Made by a program: the position numbers and the translations under genes
From: Octopus sinensis
Taxonomy: Eukaryota
DNA length: 64,000 nucleotides
Direction of reading: 5' to 3'
Assembly (NCBI RefSeq): GCF_006345805.1
Contig: NC_043016.1
Coordinates: 13,702,001 to 13,766,000, forward strand
Shown: piece after piece, positions 26,301 to 39,128 of the stretch
Layout of the letters: every line of letters starts with the position of its first letter
How positions within the stretch are numbered: the first letter of the stretch is position 1
Notes under the pieces: generated by a model
The model's input: the letters and a program-made list of their open reading frames with translations, nothing else
Database searches by the model: none
What the model was told of the DNA's origin: nothing

Positions 26301-29300
26301 AAGTACAGGCCCTTCTGTGATACTGAACTTCATTGTGCAACTCCCTTCTTGCCCACACCTCACATCATCTTATTTCTTATTTATATATGATTGTATTAGA
26401 TTGTTGCTCTCTACTCCCCTTTTTATGTATTACCACCTATTATTTCCTCCTCCTTGACTCGCTCCTATTTTCCTTGACTTTCCCCAACAAAGTGAGACTC
26501 ACCACTGTCCAAGTTTTCACCTGTGTTCACCATTCACTGCATTTCCTTCTGCCTTTGTCCTATCTGTCACTCACTCATCTTTCACACTCTTGCAAACTTA
26601 TCCACCAAGCCATCTTTGATTTTTATATCCCTAACACCTCATCTCTACCATCCTTTCTCACTTTCCTGCTGAGACAACCATGTATCTCCTCTTCAGCAAA
26701 ACACCTGTCTCTGTTCCTCTCAACACTGGCATTACGACACTTCCCTCAATACTGCACTCTGTCAAGGGGTTTTGTCCTGCAAGTTACTCACTGACCTCAC
26801 TAGTGTTGGTCATAAAACAAAACGCAACCAGGAAAGTGATTGGCATTAGGAATGGCATCCTATTGTAGAAGAAACCGTACCAGAGCAGCAACAGAGCTTG
26901 GCACAATCCTCTGGCTTGCTAACACTTGTCAAACTCCCACCCATGCCAGCAGAGAAAACAGATGCTAAATGAGGATTATATACACGCATACACACACACA
27001 TATATACATAGGCAAATGTATGTATATGCATGTATGTATACACACAGATGAATATCAGAAAAAGTATAAAACAAAGAATATCATTGATTTTTCAAAATTT
27101 TTGTTTCTTCTGTTGGTGTTTCAATAGCAAAGATACACATTCACCACATAAATTATTGATAATAATAATAATAATAGTAATAATAATAATAATAATAATA
27201 ATGATCATAACTACACCAAAAAATGCATAATGAAGCTAATTGCAATGGAATGACAGTTTTTTTTTGTCAGAAATTTTTTCAAAATATGGAATCTCTATCA
27301 TAGTCAACAGTATCTTATATTGTAAGGTAGCAAGCTGGCAGAATTGTTAATGTGTTGGGCAAAATGCTTAGTGACATTTCATTCTGAGTTCAAATTCTGC
27401 TGGGGTCTACTTAGCCTTTCAACTTTTCAGGGTTGATAAAATAAGTGCCAGTTGTGTAATAGGGTCAACGTAATCACCTATTCCCTTCCCCTGAAATTGA
27501 TGGCCAGGTGTCAAAATTTAAAATAAATAAATAAATCACACACACACACAAATATAAATGCAAAAATCAGACACAAATTTCACATAAACGGATGACGTCT
27601 GCTTATCTGCTGAACTATATATACACATACACATCTCTCTTTCTCTGAATTGCAGCATGGATGACATTAAATTAAGGCATTCAGAAACACACAAAAACTT
27701 GTTCACTGACAAAAAAAATCTTGTCAGTGAACAGCGAACAGGTTTCAAGTGATGAAAATTTTGACACCACATTGCAATGGCTACGTCTGCCATGCTGCAG
27801 ATGCTTTGGTTCCAACACATGATTTCAGATCAAAACACTTGCTATGCAAATATATCTCCAAAATATCTATCTACAAAAACACACATATATGAGCAGGCAT
27901 GAATGTGTGGTTAACAAGTTCACTTTTGGAATCCTGAAGTTACAGGTTCACTATCACTTGAGCAAAACACTTCATCTGAAGTTGATCTTTGATTATTTAA
28001 ACATCCGACACCTTGGACACTCTGCACCTGTACAGGTAATATCTATTTAATGAAGGGAGTGAGCTAATGTACAGTAAAAAACATCTGATCATTAGAAAAA
28101 AATTTTCTGTGCAGCTTTTTCATCAAGAAACTGCAGAATTCCTTCAAATATCCAAATGGCTCCCTGGAAGTAGTCATAAGCTTTTTTTTCCATCTCGGTA
28201 ACATTATTAGCAATTGCAGTAGGTATTCTCAAAGTGTGGTAGCTAGAGGGTTGGATAAAGTTCAAGGATCTCTTAACTCTACTGGCAAGAAAGGATTGCT
28301 CTATCAAAGTGAAGTGCACACTATACAATGCTTGTGTGTTAAGTGCATTGCTGCATGAAAGACAAATGAAGAATAGAAAGAAATGAGATGAACGTGATTT
28401 GCTGGATATGCCATGTGTAGAAGTGTTTGACAAAAGTTGCAGAAAATATGTTCTTTATGGAGAGCGGTGGATTTAGCTGTACCCCCAGGAAAACCAAAAT
28501 GGATAAAATATGTCAGAAATAGTTCTATGAATATGTGTACTTCTTGAGTTCTAAGCTGATATCTTGCTGGCATTAACTTTGCTTTTTAGTTTGAGTTTTG
28601 TCATGTATCCTGAATATTATTTCACACAAGCATCATTCACATACAACTCAGACTCCTCTTGCCTGAAAAAAGACTTTTCAACCACAACCAATGCTCTTAC
28701 AAACTTCAGTATCTAGAGCTATTATATACATAAAAATTCTACTGATATATAGGTAAAAACAAAAACATTTGATGAAAATCGTTTACATCAAATTTGGATT
28801 GACCAAATATATAAGATTTATGACAAACCAATGAGAAAGTTTGTACGTGCCACCCAACTCACTAGAAATAGCAAACAACTCTTTCTAATCATTCCCTGTA
28901 AAACTAAAATAATGTATACCCAAGGATACATTGAATAATATAGTCCTAGTTATACTATGTCTAAATCAAGGCAAGATGGTCACAGCAGGAACTCTTTTTT
29001 TCTTTGTATGCTGCTTAAATAATTATTATGATATTAATAAGAAAGTGACTGTAGACATAGGAAGTCAAGAAATAATACGATAACAAGGAATATATTATAT
29101 CACCACTGGAGGCAAATAAGTGAAACAATGCAATACTAGAATATTAAATAAAAATACTCTCTAAAATGAATTGCTTCAATATGAATCGAATGTACCAATA
29201 TTCTGATAATTACTCCAAATTCATCTTCTTTCTCCTATGCCTGCACAAAACCAAGAATAAATCAGAGAAATGTGATTTAAAAAAGGTTATCCGTATATCA

Positions 29301-32300
29301 TTTTTTATTTTAAGAAACTAAAAACCAAAAAGCAAGTACAAAAAATAGATAAAATAAAATAAAAAACAAGTTTGTGAAAACTTGTTAATTGATATACAAC
29401 AATTGCAGTGGAACTGTGTCAGTGACAAGGTAACAGATGAACTTTGGCACCTTTAGAAATATACAAAATATAGCAATTTTTGTATTCTTGAAAAGGCTAA
29501 AACATCTACAATTTAATTGTTATAGTTTCAACACATGAACTCAGATCAAGAAGATACTTACTAAACAAATACAAATAAAAGTTTTTAAGATTTATACTAA
29601 AAGTGTGGATTTTGAAGGTACTTTTCTTTAAAGTATATTTAAATAAATCTTTTTTGGAACAGTTGATTCTAAGTAAGTAAGGCTATAAATAATAGTTTAA
29701 AATTTTGTCACAAAGCCATGTAAATATTGAGTTGAAAAGGTCCTTCTGGGCTTGAAGAAGCCATTATTGATAGCTTTACATACTTTGAGAACCACTGTTC
29801 CTAAAAAGAACTATTCCATGTTCCCTCCAAAGATTATAAAATTATTCAATTTGAATAATTTATAAATATTGCCTAAAGTACACCCTATTTGGTACAACAC
29901 ATATTTCACTTTCCACAATTCTTAAGTTTTTCAAAATTTAAAACTATTGTATTTAATTACAATTTATGATTTAATTAAAAGAATTTGCTGTATTATATTA
30001 CAACACAACAAAACCTTTTGTAGATTACTGGTCACAAGGGATTGAGATCAGAGGCTTATACAGATACACAAACACAATTTACCACAGAAACTACACAGAT
30101 ATTCGCCAGAGCTATCATCCTTCAAGATATAAAATTATACACGGAAGTCAGACATATATGTGTATGAATGTTTGTATGTGTGCCTATGTATGTGTGTGTA
30201 TCACCAAACCATGTGTAACAACAAAAGAATTAGACCTCAATATCGTTGGAAATAGAGGAATAAATGTATCACATGACACAGGTATGGAGTACTTCCATTC
30301 AGGATTCTGAGTTACTGTAACAGCAACTCAATAATTGCTGCATTTCTACAGCTTTTGCAAGCATGGCTATATTTACTGCATGCAACAACTATTGAGTCGC
30401 TGCATAATAATAACTCAGAGTCCTGAATCTAAGTGCTCCATAGGTGTGTCACTTACTATATAAATATGTATGCGGCTGTGAGCTGGCAGAATTGTTAGCA
30501 TAGCAGACAAAATGCTTGATAACATTTCATCTGTCTCTATGCTCTGAGTTCAAATTCTGCTGAGGTCAATTTTGCCTTTCATCCTTTTGGGGTTGATAGA
30601 ATAAGTACCAGTTGAGCACTAGGGGCAATGTAAATGACTTGGCCCCTTCTCTGAAATTGCTGGCCTTGTGCCAAAATTTGAAATCAATATATAAATATAT
30701 ATGTATGCATGTGTGTGTGTATATATATATATATATATACATACACACACAAAGTCCTTTACAAGTGATCATTCATTGTAAGATATATTGAACCAATATT
30801 ATTATGTAAATTGTGATTTGTTAAAATTTACACAAAAAAATTCAATATATCAATATATAAGCCTTGGCACAAATCACTGGAAAAATCAAATTAGGAATAT
30901 CGGTTGCCTGGTACCCTCAAATGGTCAGAGGGAACTGTTTTATATCATATAATGGAGAAGAATGAAAGGGTGAGCTGCTTTAAGCATCAACTTGCTGAAG
31001 TTTATATCATTTCACATGTAGAATGTCTCAAGCATATTTGATATAGTTCAAATATAGCAGATAGAAAAACAAATTAGTAATACTAAACTACTAGTCAAAG
31101 CAAATAAGTGTCCAAAAAAATCCTCTGAAGTTGGTAATTTAGATTTTGTTGAAATACTGAGAAAAGAACGTATAATGATGAAATTTTTCTTTTAAGATGA
31201 CAGCTTTCTTAATTTAAAAATTTGACTTGGCCATCATTGACAATGATATAGTTTTGAAAACTATCCATGTTATAACTTTTCTGAACAGATATTGATGGAC
31301 TTGAAAAAGTAGTATTTTTATGACCTACTAAATCATTGGTTATCACATTGATAAACTAAGTGCAAGATGTTTACATGGCATGAGAACTTTAAATAATCCG
31401 AATATGATAAGATTCTTCACTATTTAAATACTATTATTCAAACAGTTAATTACTTAGCAATTTCTGTTCAGAAATGATGAAGACTTAGAAAAATTTAAAT
31501 CTTGGTAGAAATAGTTCTAAATAACTGCCAAGTATTTTTCACAAGATTACTGATGCTCTCTTTAATAGACCATCAATAACTTACACATTTTTCTATATTT
31601 AGCAACAGAGTATGCTTATCTTCCCATATTAGTTTTTTTTCTCTTTCCAACTTTCTTCATCCACATAGTTGAATAGTTAGATTCTCTATGACTACTCAAC
31701 TTTATTGATTTTTCATATTAATTTTGTAATATCTGCTTCTAATTAACAGTTTCTATCTATAACTGATAACATTAAGGAAAAAATTAATGAGACAGAAAGT
31801 ACATCCAACTCAATACTGTAAATGCAATTTCATTTCGTCAGTGAAAATGATTAAATATTTGAACATATTTGTATATGATAAAAGAAAAAAGAAAAAAAAA
31901 AAAAATGAAAAATTGCAACTGGCATTCATATAAATATATATGTATTTTTTTTTCATTTGTTGCTAATGAGTTGCTTCTGCTGCCCTGTTTGAGAATACCT
32001 GTAACATGGAGGTAGCCCACTGAACATTTGATAGGAGAGTGACTCAAAAGTACATGCACCATTCTGTACATTTTGTCATGCAGTATTTCTTTGTGTGGTT
32101 TTTTTTTTTTTTTGTGTGTGGCATTCAGTGGCTGTCCCAGTCTACTTATACAGCTTGTATGAATTCATTTTAGAATAATTAACTAAACAAATTGAGATAA
32201 TCTTGCCCTAGCTGTCTAAAGTTCAAAATATTCTGCTACTAGTTAAAATTAACAAATTATAAACCAATATTTCTATTACCAGCACAGTCCTTGAATAAAT

Positions 32301-35300
32301 TTAAAAATGATTGCTTAAGCTATATTCCACAATTATCACATACTAAAAGTAACACCATTTCGAAATACAATACCCTCATTTGAGTCAGGAACTGGTTAGA
32401 AGTCCCTTGAAACATTTGCTATTAGTTGTGCTACTGTGATGTGGACACAGCAGCCACACCTTCAAGCTCTAAATATTATTTTAGAAAGTTATGTATACTA
32501 AGGCAAGAAAAAAAAAAGCCCCAAGCAATTGTAAGGAAGTTTCTACCTGTTCACCCAAACCTTACAACTAGAATTTGGTAGCATAATCTTTAGCCACTTC
32601 AATCTTTCTGAAACTATCTTAATGCAATATCATTCACTAAAAATTCTATTTGGTAACCTATATCCTTTCTATAATGGAAATCTCCAAGATGTCTCATTTG
32701 GTCTAAGGATTATAAATAGTCTTTTCTATCAGCTGTCCAAATAGCATCTCCAGCCCGAAGCAAATTGGTCAAAAATTCTTTCCTTTATCAGGGCTAAATA
32801 ATTTTACAGCTTTGAACACTTTTCAGGACCGAATTATTTATGTCCATTACAGTGTCTATTATTCATTTCTATCATTACAAATGAATGTTTTGGACAGCAT
32901 CTTTCTCCTTCTCCCAACACCATACCCCAGTCTATTTTGTGCCAATATGTAACTTACAAAAGATTAAAATATTCATTGCATCAAGTTACTCTAATCCTTC
33001 TTTGTATTTCTCCTTGAGTCTTTGTATTCCTGAGGGGGCATCAAGCAGCCCCCATCTCTCTAAATTAATGCACAAACTGTTAAACCACCAACAAGGATTC
33101 CATTCAGTAGCTTTAAAAATGAGGTAAAGATCAATGAAGCAATGATCAATTTACATAAAAGTTCATGAGACATTTTTCTCGATGTCAGGTTTAGAAAGAA
33201 AAAACAAAAAAAACCTGGCATTTCATTTTCAATATGTCTGCTGGCAGTTTACAAAATGTTGCTGAAATACTTTAAAACGTTTTATGAATCAGGTTCAATT
33301 GTCAAACATCCTAAGACATTTGAGAAGGTGAGAGGGTTTTTCTTTTGTCATGGTCAGATTGAAAACAACATCTGCCATTATTTGAATTTTCTTTCTGATG
33401 AGTCAAGAATCCAAATTTTAATAAGAAATTATTTTTCTTGACTTTCTTTTCAATTTTTGTACATAAAATGATTTAAGGTCCAATTTCACAGTTTAACTCT
33501 TGTGTATCTCAAGAGTTATTTCTGTGTTTTCTTCAATTGTCTAAGCATCCATTATTTTTTTTGCTTCAATGAAATAGTATTAAGTATTATTCTTATAAAT
33601 ACAAGAAAGAAATATATTTTTGTAATGAGTTTTGTATTTTTTTTATACATGCTCATTTGGTTACAAAACATAATACTGTATTGGCATAATTGAATTGATT
33701 GCAACTAAATCTTGAATATAGTTTAATTGAATTTACAAACTATTTTTATGATAATAATATTTTACTAAAAGGGAAAAGTAGCTATAATGGCAAGACACTT
33801 AATTAGTTATTCTATAAAAAAGTACCTCTTATTTGGAATGGTGTTGATTCTTATAAGTAGTTGCTTTTTTTAAGTAAATTTATTTTTAACTTCAAAGCAT
33901 GTTATTGTTTCTAGATGTTAGAGTATAATAGTGAAAACTGCTAAATTTGAGGGTATTTGTGATAGAAGTTAGTTATATAAGTAATAATGGTTCTTAAAAT
34001 GATATATTAAGAACCATTACTTGTGAAGATATGAAATGAAAGTAAAATATATTTCAATATACATCAGTGGCTGTTTTCACAATATGATTTACTGAGTTAA
34101 ATGTATTCTTTAAATGTTTCATAATATATTGATGGTAATTAGAATTATCAGAATATTTAAAATAGCAAATTAGTAAAATTATTACTCTATCTGATTTCTC
34201 ATTTGAAATGAAAGTTTTAGGACTATCTTTGGTTTATTTCATTGAGATAAAGGTGGAATTAGTTTGATTCAGTAACAATTTAAGAGATGAGACATCTGAT
34301 TAAGTTGGTAAGTCAAATTCTATTATAAAGAGAAAATAATCTTACAGCTTCAGAATATTTCACTCAGTGGAACAAAAACCTAAAACTGATACAAAAATGT
34401 TCAGTTCTACATTGATACATAATAATGTAAAATAACTAATTGCATGATAATTAGCTTATATTTCCCAGGTTGATTGAAAATATGCTGTTCAATTAGATAC
34501 ATACAAACTGGCATTTTTTAATTTTAAAATTGTTACTTTATAATTCTTACAATATAATTAAGTTTTGTAATTTAATTGCATCAATCTTGAAAATGCTTTT
34601 AAATAAGCTGTTGAAGAAACAAATTCTTTTTTAATTAGTATATTAAGAATACATTTTGTTGATCATTTATAATTTTCTTTTCAACTTTTCAAAACAATGT
34701 ATAAAAAATTTAAAGAATGTTATTCTGTTACTTACATTAGTAACCATGGTTAAGCCAACTGTAAATGCCAAAAGACAAACAAATCCGATTAAGATTTCTC
34801 GGCGATAGCCACGTCTTAAGTGTTGGGGCCAACGATCAACTACAGTCGTAATAAAACCTTCGACACCAACAAACTGGAATGAAATAATGGTACACGTTTT
34901 TTAATGACCAATTTAAACACACAAAAGGAAAGAAACGATAAGTTTCACTTCATATAATAACATGGTTAAAACATTGGTAAAAGAATTCAATATGATTAAT
35001 ATAAATGTTAAGTCGATATCTAAGTAAAACAACTTTGAAACAAATACATAGAAACAATAAACAACAAAGTGAACAACAAACTCTACCTCCTTACAACTCA
35101 CTTTGGTCTCTCCCTAGTCCTCAAGTGATTAGCTGTCAATTAAATGAATAAAAATGCATAGAGGAAAGAACTTCATTATTTTAGATAAGAATTAAATATT
35201 TTTATATTCCTTAAAACAAATAAATAATCCAGATATCATACAAATAGTCATCCACCAACCATAGCCAAAAGACCTCCCAGAGGCTGTAGCTAATGGTATT

Positions 35301-38300
35301 GGATGAAAATGAAAAATTTATTATTTGCATTTCTGAATAAATTTTGAGCATGTACATGATCATAAACATGAACAATATGTTAATGTGGATATGTGTGTAT
35401 GTGTGTGTTATATATATATATGTATACACATAGCATTCTGCATATCTTACTTTAACATGAATATACTGTAGAAAACCACACAACTTCAGTTTTTATCCCA
35501 GGAAAGCCTCTCATATAGACATATTGTACTGAAAAGCACTGAAGTATATTGATAGCACTGGCAGAAGAATTGCTAAACCTAGATTTCTGCATATTTGCAC
35601 ATCATCAGCAGCAAGCATCCATCCATTAGAAACAGAAGTATTTAGACAAATTTACTCTTTACTGATATATAAAAACTATGATTAACATGTTTCAATTAAC
35701 TGGTAGGTTGGGTAAAAATTCATTATTAACGACAAAAGCAGAATTGGTTCAAAATAGCAATCTATATATCTTACTTAACATGGATATATTGTAGAAAGCC
35801 ACAGAATTTGGAAAACAGCTTTGGAATGATACAGTTGAGATGAAAGTGGTTGTGAAAAGTGGCTAAAACAGAATAAACCTTCAATGTTTTCAAAGAGATA
35901 TATTATATACATATGCATATATATGTCAATCTTCACCACTATCATTATCATCAGCACCAACTCAACCAATACAACCATTGCTATTTTTAACCCACCAACT
36001 CTTTAATGACCAACAACAACAACAGTATGAACAAGAGTAGCAACTCCATCTAGAATAATAATAATAAAAATCCCATGAGATAATGTGGTACCCTAGTATA
36101 TTCTAAAAGATGAAATGTCTTTGAATTTAGGTCGAAAATGGTTAAGGTTTCTTAAGACTAAAAAACAACAATACAATTAATAAGAATAATATGACAACCA
36201 TCATCACTAATGCCAAAACCCATAAGACGAATGGTACCAACCCACCAACTTTTGAATAACTAACTAGTAACAACAATAATTGTATCAAAATCATAACAAT
36301 GTCTGTAGTTACATATGTTATATGTCAAAACAACAGTGTCATGTAAGTGTTTCTTTTCAAATACTTTTGTATGTATATGTACTGTACTGTGTAGATTTAG
36401 AAATTATTTTCATGCACTTCATTTTTTGGGGGTCTTGTAAAAAATATCCACAGGAAACATTTTACTGTAACATGAAAATCTGGGAAAAATTAATTTTGCA
36501 TTATGGCTATATTGTATGTGTGATCCTGTACATACACAGACACACACACATACATATATATAATTGTTTTCTGACCATGCTAGCATAGGTTGGACAACGT
36601 ATGTATCATAGATGTGTGCATGTGTTTTTAGTCTGAGAAAATTCATAAATTCTAGTATATTTGTGTATGATATATATATATATATATATTACACATAACA
36701 CACTTTAGAAACATAATACTTAGCTTTTAGAAAATATAAGTTACCCAGGTGTTTTGATCAATTACCTCTCTTCAGTGTACACTCCTTACCCGTAAAACTT
36801 TGAACAAAGCCTTTGTTTGTGCTACTTGTGCAATTTGATAAGTTTTATTTGACTGTATCTCAGTGAGAATTTTGTACAATTCAATGTGATATGCATGCAG
36901 TTCATTACTGAACTATTCAATATTATTTTTACCATGATATATAGGCTTCATGTGTGTGTGTGTGTGTATAAATATATATATGTACATACACACACACACA
37001 TTTGTATTGAAACACAAAAAATACATGTAGATACATAAGCATACAAAGGAAAAAATTAAACAAAAATAGTTTTTTAAAGAATCCCTTGTTTTAAAATGTC
37101 TTAATACAAATATACACAAAAACAAAAGGTTCTCATCTGCATTTGTTTATATGAGTAATTGATTAATAAAGTCTAGAAAACTGTTGTCTCACCTGGCTGT
37201 CTAATCCAAGCAAAATGATCATTACAAAGAACACTATAGACCATAATGGAGCGACTGGCATTTGTGAAACAGCTTCTGGGTAAGCAATAAATGCAAGACC
37301 CGGACCTTAAAAAGAAAGAGGATAAATTATTCAATATAAAATATTTACCTTGATATTTTCATGCTGGCATAGAAAAAAAAGTTATGTAAAAATGTTGAAA
37401 AATAATAAAATGAAAATGATCTTGAGGAAAAGTATGTTTTAATTTTCAAATACAATAATTAATCTTAAGATTTTGAAGAACTCGTCTTACCTGATTCAGC
37501 TACTTCATCAATTGTTAAACCTTGTCTCTTAGCCATAAAACCAAGCACAGAGAAAATGACAAATCCAGCAAGAAAACTGGTAAAAGTGTTAGCTATAGCA
37601 AACAGTATACTGTCCCTGAATGAAAGAAAATATTTGCATTAGTAACAATACTACTTTCATCATCAGCAGTTAAAAGAAATGAAAAAAAAAAAAAAAAATC
37701 CAACAACTAGAATTTGTTCAAAAGAGAAAGAAATCTATAAACATATTTTATGAGAAACTACACATAGGAACCGAGTTCTTAAATATTAGAAGACATCTAA
37801 ATGAAAAGATTGATTGTAATAGAACACTAATTTCCACATCAATAACTGAGTAGCAGGAGGGTGTTTTTCTACAAGGACATTCTGTTTTTCCTAATATATA
37901 TACAGATGATCTATAATTTCCAAGAAATGCTGGTTGATTGAACAGTACTTCTAATGATCATCGATTTAAGGAACAAAGGAAAGTTGCTATAATGCATCAG
38001 TGTGAATGGAAGATTTCAATTTGATGTGGGGTGGGGGACCAACTTGGCTTTAACAGTAAACATTAAAATCAAAATAAATATCGCTGCTTCAAAAAGTATG
38101 ATTCCATATGAGGATAGATTTCAGATACAAAAACAATGTAGAAATTTATGTAACTTTTTTAATTTAGCTACATTGCAAGGTTAGAGGATCTCTGCTAGAG
38201 AATCTACACTAAATCTATTGAAATAGTTCAAATAGAGATGGGAAAGAAAAAAAGCTTTTGGAAACCGATGATCAAAGACTGCCAAGAAATAATGTTTGAC

Positions 38301-39087
38301 TGAGCAATAATACTTCCACTGATCAATGACTCAAGAACAAAGAAATAATACACAGTAATCCCTAACTATATCATGGTTCACCTATCACACACTCAGTACA
38401 TCGTGGATTTTTCTGGCTAATATATGTAAATTTATATCACAGAAACCTCAATATATCTGGGTTTCTGTGGCTGATCATCATCATTGTTATTTAGCACCCG
38501 TTTTGATAATGTGCCTCAAACATAAGAGGATATAGTTTCTTTTTTCACTTTAATTTAGTAACAGATGCAATTAAATTAGAATTTTAATACTTACTTATAT
38601 GAATTATGATGAAATTTGTTATAACTTCCAAGAGCAGTCAATGTACCCAAACTTATAGAATAAGAGAAAAAAATTTGAGTACCAGCATCGACCCACACCT
38701 GAAATAGAAACAAATGTTCTATGTAGATTATATTCTTTATTTTTGTTACAGAACACAAAATTAAAAATCCATAACAACTGTTATAAGTGAATGGTTGGTT
38801 GCCAGTTAAAATAGTTAATTTACCTGTCTATTTAAAAGTTTGCTCCAATCAGGAATTAAATAATACTTTAAACCATCAACAGCACCATCCAATGTAACCC
38901 CACGTATTAAAAGGACAAGCATTAGAATGTAGGGACTAGTTGCAGTAAAATACATAACCTGAAAGAGAAGAAATATAAATAATAGATTATATTATCAATA
39001 AAAGTTACATGAATAATAATATAACTCATTAGATTCAAGTGTAGTATGTCTAATCATTTATAATTATTTCCAATGTGTGTATGTGTA

Positions 39088-39128
<41 letters not shown>

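Noticed and set aside
38438-38469. 10-bp hairpin CACAGAAACC/GGTTTCTGTG in intron 6
   Set aside because: About one such stem is expected by chance in a window of this size.
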